This document shows positions 41,301 through 50,682 of a DNA stretch of 64,000 nucleotides, in pieces. The stretch covers positions 32,001-96,000 of the forward strand of contig CAWFGE010000004.1 of assembly GCA_963815195.1 (NCBI GenBank). The letters are read 5' to 3'. Below the pieces are notes generated by a model. The model worked only from the letters and a program-made list of their open reading frames with translations, did no database searches and was not told the DNA's origin. The position numbers and the translations under genes were made by a program. The stretch comes from an uncultured Planctomycetaceae bacterium. Its GTDB lineage: Bacteria; Planctomycetota; Planctomycetia; Planctomycetales; Planctomycetaceae. Numbering within the stretch: position 1 is the stretch's first letter; the number at the start of each line of letters is the position of its first letter.

Positions 41301-44300
41301 TCAGTTACCGGGTAGTAACCACTCAAGGCCGGCTTCTATAAACAATAGCCGGGTTTGAACAGATTTGGGATTGAGCGAAAACTGATGCTGAATCGCCGTG
41401 CGATAGGCTAGGAGTTGCGGTTGATAGAACTCGCCGAGTTCGCCTAAGGCTTTCGACGCATTCTTATCGATATGATCGGTTTTGAAGTCGATCGCGTCGG
41501 CACCGACAACGTGCCCGTCCTGCACAATGAGCACCAGCCGGTCGATGATGCCGTGCGTCAAGAGGTTATTGTGGCGATAGGCGGTCGGGTACTCGTGATG
41601 GAGTTCCAACGCAACCGGGCCGGAGGACATGGAATGGCTCGTATAGGATTCCCGTGAGAGGATTTGCCGAACCGCCGGTTGAATCAGGGCTTTGCCGAAG
41701 TGTTCGATTTCTTGGTCCAGGTTCAATCGCGGGTGGAGGAATTGCCCGGCGAGTTGCTTGAGGGTTTCATCGTCCGGCGGACCTTCCGATGGCGCTGCGT
41801 CCAGCCAGTCCACGTGCTCGAGCCAGGCATGCCAAAGGCTGCCGCGCGTGCGGGAGTAAACGGAATCCTCGCGAAACGTTTGCCCGATCGAGACAATCGT
41901 TCCGCCTTCCAAATCCGAAGGGGTCTGGCGTTCCAAGCGGCGGGTGCGATGCAAAGCGGGCGGCTTCAATCGGAGGCTTAAGAGTTGCTCTTGGGGTGGT
42001 TCGCTTGTTGATTCTCTGTTAAGGGGTTGCCCGGCAAACCAGTGTTTGTCGCCATGCTCATAGAGCGTTTTTTCGGGCGGGATTTCCAGGCGGCCGTCGG
42101 TCAACGCCGACCTTAAGAGCCCGGCGTAGGTTTTGGGCAGCGAGCGTTCGTTCTCGCGGCTGGGGGCGACGATCATATAAAGCGCGTGCACCGCCCTGGT
42201 CATCGCGACATAGAGCAGGCAGAGGCTTTCGTTGTCGATTTGCTGATTGTAGTTTTCGAGCATCGCGTTAAACCGCGCCGGCAAGAGAGGCATGACTCTG
42301 CTGGGAATATAGCGGAAGACAGCCTCGATGGGGGCGGTGGGGTTTTTGCGGCCGACGATGACCGAGGGCGTCAATCCGCTCAATCGGCCGTCGAGTTCGG
42401 GGAGGACCACGATGTCAAACTGCAAGCCCTTCGATTGATGGATATTCATCACCCGCACGTCGGCGGCGCTCGGATCTTCCACCTTCGTGGCGGAGACCAT
42501 TTCGATAAAGTCCCCCGCCTGGAGGCTCGCCTGGTCTTCGTAGCGGTAGGCGAGGCTGACCAGTTGCATCAGCCGCGTGAGTTCGCGTTCGTTGCAGAAG
42601 GGCGTCAATTCCCGCACCCACTGATAGATCGTCCCCCCGTAGCCTGCTTCGAGCAACATTCGGCGGATGTCCAGCGACAACCGCCGGGCCGCGTCGTCGT
42701 CGGCGTAATCGGCAAAGCCCACGATCGTTCCCAGGCTGGAATGGGCCACGTGAAAGCGGGCGATGGTGTCCCCCGGATGGTCGGTGATCGCGAGGAGCGA
42801 AAGCACCAACTGCACGGCGGCGGAATCGAGCAGCGGGTTGCCGCCTTCTTCGCTGGCTTCGATGCCGTGCGTGTGGCGGAGTTCGTAAATCATCCGGGCG
42901 ACGGCCTGGTTCTTCCGCACGAGGATCCCGATCGAAGCCCCCGGCGTTTCGCGGTGGAGCCTGGCGACCTCGGCGGCCGCGTATTTCAACGTTTCGACGG
43001 CCTGGCTTTCATCTTCCTCGGCCTGGGTCGCGGTTTGGAGGACAGAGTAGCCGGGGAAGTCGCGGGCGGTGGTATGGGTTTGAAACCGCTTCCGCCAAAG
43101 CTCGGCGATGCCGGGCAGCTTGGACATGACCTTGTTGGAATCGAGCCGGCCGAACACGCGGTTGACGACATCGATCACGATCTGGCTCGAACGATAGCTG
43201 CGGGTCAGTTCGCGCTCGGTCAGCCGGGGCAATTCTTGATCGAGCGAGGCGAACAAATCCGCCACGCCGCCGCGCCAACCGTATATCGCCTGCTTCACGT
43301 CGCCGACGCAAAAAAACGACCGCGCGGGATCTTCCGCGGCGGCCTCCGCAAACGGGCGAAGCACCGTCCACTGGAGCAGCGACGTGTCCTGGAATTCATC
43401 CAGAAGCAAATGCCCCACATGGGCATCGAGCCGGAACTCCAACTGCCCCGAGTCCATGTCCTGGATCGCATTCGCGAGCAGTTGGGTGATGTCCTGGAAG
43501 CGGTAGGACCTTTGCTCGGCTTTCAAGCGTTCGTAGGAACGGTGAAAGTGATCCAAGAGCTTCCAGGTGGCTTCCGTCTGGTCGGCGATGCGGTTGACCA
43601 GCTGGGCCTTGACGTGCTCGATGATGGGCGCGTAAACCGCTCCGACTTCCGCCGGCACGAGCTTGTTGTAGTAGGTGGTTTTCCCTTCCAACAGAACTTT
43701 GATGAAACCCCCGCCGATCAGCTTGTCCCAATCGCCTTCGCTGGCGGTTTGCAAATCCCGCACGGCGGCGGTTTGAAAGCGCTTGTCGGGAAACCGGAGC
43801 GACGCGAGCGCGGAGAGGGCCTGTTCCCATTCCTCTTCGTCCAGCTTTTTGTAGCGATTGATCGGCTTCCACGCGGCGGGGATGTCTTCGCCGGCGGAGT
43901 CGGGGGTCGTTTCGAGATACAGGTTATAGAGGCCGTTTGCCGTTTGGCGGATTTGATCGCTGACGGCCCGGCTCACGTCGCCTTTGTTCAAGAGATGGAG
44001 CAGCGTGAGCAGTTCCGAGACGCTGCCCTCGGCCAGAACGTTTTGAATCGCCAACGAGCGGAGCCGCTGGTCGGCGACTTCATCCACAATGGCCCAACCG
44101 GGCGGCAAGCCGAGTTCCAATCCGAAACTGCCCGCGATTTGCACGAAAAAACTGTCGAGCGTGCTAATCCGCAGGCGGTGCAGATTGCGAATGAGTTTCG
44201 CCAACAGGTCCAGGCAGTCGGTCCGCTGGAAACTCTCGAGGGGGACATCTTCCCGAACCAGGCGGGAAAGTTCTTCGAGCTTTTGCGGATTGCCCGCGGC

Positions 44301-44540
44301 CTCGGCGAGACGCAGGACGACGCGGTCGAGAATCTCGCCGGCGGCTTTGCGGGCGAAGGTGGCGGCGAGGATTTCGTCCGGCCGGTCCGAGGCCCGCGCG
44401 AGCGCGATATAACGATTGGAAAGCTGGAACGTCTTTCCCGTGCCGGCGGAAGCGCGAATCACCTCGTTGGGAAACGCGACGTGGCTTCCCAACGAGGTGT
44501 TCTGTTCCTCGTCGTTCCAATCGAAGAGGGTTTGTCTCAC
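41301..44540 (-). CDS. addA: AddA/RecB-like UvrD helicase with C-terminal PD-(D/E)xK nuclease
   Basis: ASAGTGKT, LDEFQDTS, VGDVKQAIYGWRG, IHQSKGLQF, YVAMTRA and GIIDRL...DFKTD...QLLAY motifs. Confidence 0.85.
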   Translation of the reverse strand: MRQTLFDWNDEEQNTSLGSHVAFPNEVIRASAGTGKTFQLSNRYIALARASDRPDEILAATFARKAAGEILDRVVLRLAEAAGNPQKLEELSRLVREDVPLESFQRTDCLDLLAKLIRNLHRLRISTLDSFFVQIAGSFGLELGLPPGWAIVDEVADQRLRSLAIQNVLAEGSVSELLTLLHLLNKGDVSRAVSDQIRQTANGLYNLYLETTPDSAGEDIPAAWKPINRYKKLDEEEWEQALSALASLRFPDKRFQTAAVRDLQTASEGDWDKLIGGGFIKVLLEGKTTYYNKLVPAEVGAVYAPIIEHVKAQLVNRIADQTEATWKLLDHFHRSYERLKAEQRSYRFQDITQLLANAIQDMDSGQLEFRLDAHVGHLLLDEFQDTSLLQWTVLRPFAEAAAEDPARSFFCVGDVKQAIYGWRGGVADLFASLDQELPRLTERELTRSYRSSQIVIDVVNRVFGRLDSNKVMSKLPGIAELWRKRFQTHTTARDFPGYSVLQTATQAEEDESQAVETLKYAAAEVARLHRETPGASIGILVRKNQAVARMIYELRHTHGIEASEEGGNPLLDSAAVQLVLSLLAITDHPGDTIARFHVAHSSLGTIVGFADYADDDAARRLSLDIRRMLLEAGYGGTIYQWVRELTPFCNERELTRLMQLVSLAYRYEDQASLQAGDFIEMVSATKVEDPSAADVRVMNIHQSKGLQFDIVVLPELDGRLSGLTPSVIVGRKNPTAPIEAVFRYIPSRVMPLLPARFNAMLENYNQQIDNESLCLLYVAMTRAVHALYMIVAPSRENERSLPKTYAGLLRSALTDGRLEIPPEKTLYEHGDKHWFAGQPLNRESTSEPPQEQLLSLRLKPPALHRTRRLERQTPSDLEGGTIVSIGQTFREDSVYSRTRGSLWHAWLEHVDWLDAAPSEGPPDDETLKQLAGQFLHPRLNLDQEIEHFGKALIQPAVRQILSRESYTSHSMSSGPVALELHHEYPTAYRHNNLLTHGIIDRLVLIVQDGHVVGADAIDFKTDHIDKNASKALGELGEFYQPQLLAYRTAIQHQFSLNPKSVQTRLLFIEAGLEWLLPGN

Positions 44541-45316
44541 GGTTCGATTTCGTATCGCTTCAGGAAATCTTCCGGGATCTCCGCCGTCTTCTGGGCCACG
44601 AGGGCGAAATAAAACAGCGGGTGCCCTTCCATCGACAACCGATGGCGGTATTTCTCCAAATGATACAGTTCCAGATACTCCGAGAAAATGAGTTCGCGGA
44701 TGAATCGCGAAAATCCGGAGTCGTCGGACTTGTCCAGAAACGTCTCTTTGATGTTGAACGCGACCCAGCCGCCGACCTGAATGAACTGGAGCGCTTTAAA
44801 AAACGCCCGCGGCGGAATGTCGCCGAAGCCCAAAGCCGCCACCGAAGTCAGGCAGTCGAAGGACCAGTCGGCGATCTGTTCCTCCAGCTTGGGCGACAGG
44901 TCGGTGAAGTCGGCGACATAGTATTCATCATACACGAAGGGCCGATCGCGGTAGGCGGCGTCTTTGGCTTCGGGGATGATGTCCACACCCACGAGCCGGG
45001 CCACGCCTTTGGACTTCAAAATCTCGCCCATCATGCCGTTGCCCGCGCCGAGATCGAGCACGCGGAGTTCCGTGGGCGGCTTGTCCCCGCCTTCCAGCGT
45101 CCGGTAGAGGATTTCGCCGACTTTTTTCGGCGACGTGCATTTCAGCCGGTCGTAAAACAGTTGTTCGTAAAGTTTGGGCCTGAGATAGATTTGATTGTAG
45201 TCGTGAAAACGCAGCTTCGTTTTGCGATCGCCTTCCTCGATCAAATAGAAATAGACTTCGTCCTGGTTGAGGTCGGTGCTTTCTTGCGGCGGAAATTGAA
45301 TTCGGTGTCTAGACAT
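44537..45316 (-). CDS. Class I SAM-dependent methyltransferase
   Basis: VLDLGAGNG motif I and VGVD motif; stop overlaps the helicase GTG start. Confidence 0.85.
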   Translation of the reverse strand: MSRHRIQFPPQESTDLNQDEVYFYLIEEGDRKTKLRFHDYNQIYLRPKLYEQLFYDRLKCTSPKKVGEILYRTLEGGDKPPTELRVLDLGAGNGMMGEILKSKGVARLVGVDIIPEAKDAAYRDRPFVYDEYYVADFTDLSPKLEEQIADWSFDCLTSVAALGFGDIPPRAFFKALQFIQVGGWVAFNIKETFLDKSDDSGFSRFIRELIFSEYLELYHLEKYRHRLSMEGHPLFYFALVAQKTAEIPEDFLKRYEIEP

Positions 45317-45525
45317 TATGTCGCGCGTGCCCTCCTTAAAAAGAAAAACGGACGTTGGAAGATCGTCGGGGCGGTATTCCGTTTTTCCGTCCCGTTCGAT
45401 TCCAACGCGTGAAAACGATGGGCATCCCCAGGGAAAGGGAGAAATCCCGAATCCGGCGTGGGAGGATGCCCGTTCCCTTCCAACCCTACAAAACCCGGGC
45501 GGCGAAGGTAAGGGCAATCGGAAAA

Positions 45526-48500
45526 TCAGGCGGCCCCGCCGGCCGATTCGTCGGTTTTCAAGCTGGGGTGAAAATGCCGAATGCGGGTGACGGCCACCAG
45601 GCACGCCGCCTGCTCGCTGGGGCCGTGGGAGGCTTGAAACTCCTCGAGCAGCGGCAACAGAAATCCCGCGAACTCGCCGTCCTCGACCGCGGCGTCGCGG
45701 AGCGTTTCCACGAGCGCCAACTTCGCCTTGCGGTGGGGCAGCGGCTTTAAGCGGGTTTGGATCGTGCCCGCTTCCTCGCGGCGGGCTTCCGGACGGCCGG
45801 GCGGAAGCTCGAACAGCATCCGCCTTAAAAACCGCCTGAGCGCATCCGCCTCGGCGGGCAGGTTCTCCGGCTTCGGCGGAGCCCCCGTGCCCACGCTGTC
45901 TTCGGGAGATTTCGCCTCTTTTTTGCGTTTGCTCTTGAGCTGCGATTCGGGCAGCGGCGCGGGTTTCCAGTCCGACGTGATGCCCCGCGCGCGGTACAGC
46001 GACCAGAAGCTCTGAATCACGAACGCCCGCACCCGGCGGTCGGGGCTTTCGGTCAGGCGGAACAGTTCCGCCGGCAATTTCAATCGCGGATGCCGTTCGA
46101 TCAAGTCCATCCCCAACGCCCGCGTGCCCTCGTCCCGCGATTCGCAAAAGCTGTAAACCGCATCGGCCGTGAGCACCCTTGGATCAATCCGATACCGGCG
46201 GTGCTCGGTGGTGTCCTCCGCGGTCATCGCCTTCGCCACGAACTGCCGGACTTCCCCGTAAGGCGATTCGCACATCTCGATCAAACCTTCGATCGGCGGC
46301 GCCCAGCGGGCAAACTCATAACCGGCGATCTCAAGCGCAAACTCCCTGAGCGGCAATCGGCGTTCGAAAAACAACGGCTGCATGCGGTCGAAGGTGAGAA
46401 ACTCCGCGGGAATCTCCGCACCCGGATCGACCGGCCGGTCCGTCTCCGCAAGACAAATCTCGGGATGATGCCGGCGAAAATACTTCAGGGCAAACTGCCG
46501 GAGCGGCGCGTCCGCTTTGCCCTCGCTGGTGAGCATCTCCCACAGGCGTTCGCAGCCGGCGGTCACGGCATCGGCGGAGAACTCCCGCTCTTCGCCCGCG
46601 AGCCTTTGCAAGAATGCCGTCTCCGAAATGATCTTCAGCTCGGCCCCTTCCTCCATCAGCGACTCGGCTTTGACCTGCTTGCTGCCTTTTCGCCCCTGGC
46701 CATAAAGCGGGCTGCCCTCGTCGCCGATGACGAGGTAATTCAAGTTTTTGTTGACGGCCGAGGCCACCTTGCCGCCGGCTTCGCGGACTTTCTTCTGGGC
46801 TTCGCCGCGGCTCATCGTGGCGAGCTTGCCCGTGAACAGAAACGAATCCCCGCCCAGATCGACCGCGGGTTTCTTGGGCTCGGCTTTTTTCTTTTTGGAT
46901 TTTGCGGCGGGCTCGGGTTCCGGAGCCGCGTCTTTCGGAGCAAAATCCGCCGGCAAGAAGGCGCGGATCATCGTCTCCACCGCAAAGTCGTGATACCGCG
47001 GCTCGCTCCGCTGGACCAGTTCCATCAGCCATTCAAACCCCAACTGCCCCGGCGAAAACCGCCGCGGGTCGCTCAGCCAATGCAGAATCTCCGCCGAGAG
47101 TTGCTCATCGAAGTTCACGCCCCAATTCTTGACCGACGGGTAGTCCGACTTTTTCAGTTCTGCAATTTCGGGAGCGGCTTCGAAGGCGGGATGGTACGCC
47201 AATATTTTCAACCATTGGACGCCGACGGTTTCCGCTTTCAGCTTCCCTTCATCAATCCAGTTGGTGATGGACGCCGCCGCATGATTGTTGAGCATGGACC
47301 GCTTTAAGAAATCGGGAGCGAGTTCGTTCGCATCGAATTTTTGCAGTTCGCCCATCGCGAAGAGAATCAGGTTCCGAACCTGCCAATACGAAATGCGATC
47401 CGTGTCCACCCAATCGACAAGGTCCATGAAAAAATCGGGGCCGAGCTTTTTGGTGGGATGCACGTCCGGCAGGAGTTTTTGCGCGAACGCTTGCGCGGAT
47501 TCGTTTTCGCCCAACAGCCGTTCGCGGAACCACTCCGGGGTGAGTTCCTTCGCGCCGAAATGTTTGCGGATCATGTCCTGGGCCAGGTCGCCGCCGTGCT
47601 CGGTTTCGAGGAGCCGCCCCCAGGCGTCCAGGCCCACGTCTTTTCGCGGATCGCGGGCTTTGACGAGATCGAGCGCCAGCTTGTGGACGTGGGAGTTCGG
47701 ATTGTCGGCGAGGCGGATCAAATCCTCGATCGGCAAATCGCGGGCGTGGGTGCGGGCATAGTCGGCGGCATAGGCGCACGCCGAGTCGCTGGAAGAATCG
47801 AACAGCCGCAACACCGCGTCGTGCAAGCCCAGTTCGCGAAACGCCGCCTGCTCGAACTTGGGAACGTTCTTCAGGATCCATACGACGAACTCATCCACGA
47901 CGCCGCTGCCCGCGCTGACCAATCGCGCGACCCAATCCGGCTCGACTTCCCGCAGCGTCGCGCGGAAGTCGGTCTTCAAACCCTCCACGGCGAACTCGCG
48001 GATGTCGTCGGACTTGGCCCGCTCCAAAAGTGAAAACAACGGCCGGGGCGTTCGCTGCCAAAGCTCGCCGAACGCCCGCTGCTTGATGAGCGACTTGGGA
48101 CGCGAGCGGTAGCGAAACCGGCGGGCGGTGTAGCTGCCCGTCTCGTGAAACAGGATGTGGTTCAAAACCCAACACCGGGGCCAATACCCGCTGTGGAAAT
48201 CCTGCGGATAGTGCGCGAGGAAATCGACGCAGTGATCGGCATAGACCGCCGGCAGCGTTTGACCGGTCCGCCTCAAGAACCGCCACGCCCGCCGGACCAG
48301 ATAGCCCAACGTCATTTTGCTGACCGCGGGCGATCCCCAGCCCGCAAACGCCATGTCGAACCGGGCCGCGAGCGCCCCGTAGATTTCCAGATCGCCCCGG
48401 GCCTCGGCTTCCTTGAAAATCCGCTTGAGCGCCTTCCAAGGCCCGTAAGTCAAAGGCACCTTCGCGATAATCCGCAGCAAACACGAGCGGGCAAAGACGC

Positions 48501-48810
48501 CGTTGTCTTCCCAGAGCACGCTGAGGATTTCGTGCAGCCGAAGCTTGTCCGGAAGCGGCACCTCCGCCTCGGGCGACTCAAGGGCCTTGAGCGTTTCCAC
48601 GCGGTAATGGGCCTGCTCTTCCCGCGGCTTCTTGCGGAACGCGGGCGACGTGATCTCCCGCACGAATTTCTCGAACGTCAGCGCCCCCTCGCGCACGGGC
48701 GCTTCCGCTTCGGGCGGCGGCGCGGACGCGAGCCGCTCGACATAAGCGACGAGTTCCGGGTCGCTCGTTTCCCAAGCCCGCCGAATGTCATCCAATGCGA
48801 GTTGCGCCAT
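45526..48810 (-). CDS. Large helical-repeat (ARM/HEAT-like) protein with an internal BRCT domain; candidate retron-associated protein
   Basis: BRCT: FLFTGKLATMSRGEAQKKVREAGGKVASAVNKNLNYLVIG...KGSK..KA...IISE; the rest is amphipathic-helical. Confidence 0.8.
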   Translation of the reverse strand: MAQLALDDIRRAWETSDPELVAYVERLASAPPPEAEAPVREGALTFEKFVREITSPAFRKKPREEQAHYRVETLKALESPEAEVPLPDKLRLHEILSVLWEDNGVFARSCLLRIIAKVPLTYGPWKALKRIFKEAEARGDLEIYGALAARFDMAFAGWGSPAVSKMTLGYLVRRAWRFLRRTGQTLPAVYADHCVDFLAHYPQDFHSGYWPRCWVLNHILFHETGSYTARRFRYRSRPKSLIKQRAFGELWQRTPRPLFSLLERAKSDDIREFAVEGLKTDFRATLREVEPDWVARLVSAGSGVVDEFVVWILKNVPKFEQAAFRELGLHDAVLRLFDSSSDSACAYAADYARTHARDLPIEDLIRLADNPNSHVHKLALDLVKARDPRKDVGLDAWGRLLETEHGGDLAQDMIRKHFGAKELTPEWFRERLLGENESAQAFAQKLLPDVHPTKKLGPDFFMDLVDWVDTDRISYWQVRNLILFAMGELQKFDANELAPDFLKRSMLNNHAAASITNWIDEGKLKAETVGVQWLKILAYHPAFEAAPEIAELKKSDYPSVKNWGVNFDEQLSAEILHWLSDPRRFSPGQLGFEWLMELVQRSEPRYHDFAVETMIRAFLPADFAPKDAAPEPEPAAKSKKKKAEPKKPAVDLGGDSFLFTGKLATMSRGEAQKKVREAGGKVASAVNKNLNYLVIGDEGSPLYGQGRKGSKQVKAESLMEEGAELKIISETAFLQRLAGEEREFSADAVTAGCERLWEMLTSEGKADAPLRQFALKYFRRHHPEICLAETDRPVDPGAEIPAEFLTFDRMQPLFFERRLPLREFALEIAGYEFARWAPPIEGLIEMCESPYGEVRQFVAKAMTAEDTTEHRRYRIDPRVLTADAVYSFCESRDEGTRALGMDLIERHPRLKLPAELFRLTESPDRRVRAFVIQSFWSLYRARGITSDWKPAPLPESQLKSKRKKEAKSPEDSVGTGAPPKPENLPAEADALRRFLRRMLFELPPGRPEARREEAGTIQTRLKPLPHRKAKLALVETLRDAAVEDGEFAGFLLPLLEEFQASHGPSEQAACLVAVTRIRHFHPSLKTDESAGGAA

Positions 48811-48892
48811 GAGAGATGCTCTCTAACAGAAACAGTCTCGATGTCCGACATTAGCCCCCTGCGGCTAATGAATGAGAGAAAAAGGTAAAAAA

Positions 48893-48963
48893 GAATGACC
48901 GAGCACCAATTCCGATTGTTGCCGAGCGCGGGCACGTTCTGGGTCATTGTGTGTCGGTCATTC
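48893..48963. other. Stem-loop between the ncRNA and the BRCT gene
   Basis: gaatgaccga (48893-48902) pairs with tcggtcattc (48954-48963). Confidence 0.55.
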
Positions 48964-48964
48964 C

Positions 48965-49218
48965 TGTTCCTGAGAGCCGTCTACTTCTAGACCTGGGACA
49001 TGGAAGGCTCACTGACCCGCCGTCCCGGTAGTGCAATTACCTGCAGCGGAACCACGATGGGCGGGGTTGATCCAGACCGCTGCGAGGTAATTGCACTACC
49101 GGGACGATCAGCGGGTCTGAAACAGCCTTCCTTGTGAAGAGTGACAGGCAAAACGCTAGAACGGCGCAACGCCGCTCGCGGTGCAAGGCACCAAGCTAGA
49201 CCTGGACTCTCGGAAACA
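48965..49218 (-). ncRNA. Retron msr-msd non-coding RNA, Mx162-like
   Basis: a2/a1 imperfect inverted repeats (49197-49218 / 48965-48983); candidate branch G at 49196; msr hairpins at 49180-49192 and 49159-49177; msd hairpin 49002-49131 with a perfect 22-bp core. Confidence 0.8.
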
Positions 49219-49265
49219 ACACCTGTCTATCAAACTTGAGGGGCAAACGCAAGCATATGGCGATC

Positions 49266-49332
49266 CGCTTACTTTGTGCGCGGCTCTCCGCAGGTTTCGC
49301 GGCCGGTTAAAGAGCCACGCACGCAGTAAGCG
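49266..49332. repeat. Inverted repeat downstream of DUF58 (REP-like or terminator)
   Basis: ccgcttactttgtgcgcggctct pairs with agagccacgcacgcagtaagcgg. Confidence 0.6.
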
Positions 49333-49344
49333 GGAATCTCCTCC

Positions 49345-50682
49345 TCACAACAGGTTCTGTTGGCGGAGTTCGATGAACTGGTTGATAAGGGGGAGCGTCA
49401 GATGTTGGGGGAGCGTGTCGATCACGTGGATGCCGCCGTGCTTGAGGGCGTAGATCGCCCGGCCGCGGTCCCGCAGCAGCCCGAGCGCCACCGCCTGGTC
49501 CGCTCCCTCTTCGATGGACTCAGGCTCGGCATAGACGACCTGCCTTAACAGCGGCGTTTGCAGGGCCGCGAACAGCACCAGGTGCTGGCGATTGAGCCGG
49601 GCGAGGGCCGCACAGTGCGTCCGCGATGTTTCCGCATCGCCCAGGTCGGAGAGAATCACAAGCAGGCAGCGTTTGGATTGGCGGTGCTTGAGCTCGGCGA
49701 AGAGTTGCGTGAAGTCGGTCTCCCGCCATTCGGTTTGCAGGTCGTAAACACACTCCACGAGCCGCCCGAGTGATTTGGGGCCGGCGATCGGGGCGAGATA
49801 CCCGCGGAGCGTGCTGTCGAACACGCCGACGCCGCAGCGGTCCCCGCTGTGAAGTGCGACCCGCGCCAGATTGAGGGCGGCGTCGATTGCGCAATCCAAC
49901 TTCGACCCGCGATCGGTGAGCGCCTCCATCAACCGCCCCGAGTCCACGAGAATCAACACGTCCCGGTGCCGCTCCACTTGATACCGCCGGACGATCGGCG
50001 TGCGCTGCCGGGCGGTGGCCCGCCAATCGATCCGCCGGGGGTCGTCGCCTTGCCGATAGGGAAACAGCGAGACGAACTCCGTCCCCGCGCCGACTTGCCG
50101 CGAACGGGAGACTTTGTCCAACAACAGCAAATTCGCCCCCACATCTTTTTGCAGCTCGTCGCGGGACGCGAACGTTTCCGGGAGTACGCGGATTTCGCCC
50201 CGGCAATCGGTTTCCTTCTGGACTTCCGCGAGATCCCAAGGCCCGCGGACGCGAACCCACACCGGCCCGAAGCGGTGTTCGCCGCGCACGGGGATTCGGC
50301 ATTCGGTGGTCATCGATGTGGCCGCATCCTCGGGCGAATCCGCTGCGGCGAGTTCAAACGGATGAATCGACCATTGGGGCACACAGTCCGCGGGGAAAAC
50401 GTCCCGCAGTTCTCCGCGGATCGGTTTCGAGCCGGCGTTCATGATCGCGAGTCTGGACTCGAATGGCAGATTCCGCCCGACCAGGCCGGGCAGCGTTCGC
50501 GAGACAGAGCATTCCTGGACCAGAGCTTTCGCGGCCCGGCTGTCTCGCCAGAACGCGAAACCCAATAAGATGAGCGCCGCCCCCAAGACCCATAAAACCT
50601 CCACCCAGAGAAACGCACCGAATCCGAACGCCGTCAGCACGCCTGCGAGTTCCATCAGGCGGGGGCCGGGCCGCGTTTTCAC
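49345..50682 (-). CDS. DUF58 domain protein
   Basis: GTEFVSLFPYRQGDDPRRIDWRATAR and LVDSGRLM (vWA-like). Confidence 0.9.
   Translation of the reverse strand: MKTRPGPRLMELAGVLTAFGFGAFLWVEVLWVLGAALILLGFAFWRDSRAAKALVQECSVSRTLPGLVGRNLPFESRLAIMNAGSKPIRGELRDVFPADCVPQWSIHPFELAAADSPEDAATSMTTECRIPVRGEHRFGPVWVRVRGPWDLAEVQKETDCRGEIRVLPETFASRDELQKDVGANLLLLDKVSRSRQVGAGTEFVSLFPYRQGDDPRRIDWRATARQRTPIVRRYQVERHRDVLILVDSGRLMEALTDRGSKLDCAIDAALNLARVALHSGDRCGVGVFDSTLRGYLAPIAGPKSLGRLVECVYDLQTEWRETDFTQLFAELKHRQSKRCLLVILSDLGDAETSRTHCAALARLNRQHLVLFAALQTPLLRQVVYAEPESIEEGADQAVALGLLRDRGRAIYALKHGGIHVIDTLPQHLTLPLINQFIELRQQNLL

Noticed and set aside
49002..49131. Long hairpin read as a simple terminator or REP
   Set aside because: Single copy in the window, no U-tract, and embedded in a complete a1/a2 plus msr architecture, so a retron ncRNA explains it better
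49219..49255. Sigma70-like promoter for the ncRNA (minus strand TTGCGT-17 bp-TAGACA)
   Set aside because: Position is plausible but the -10 match is weak; not supportable without TSS data
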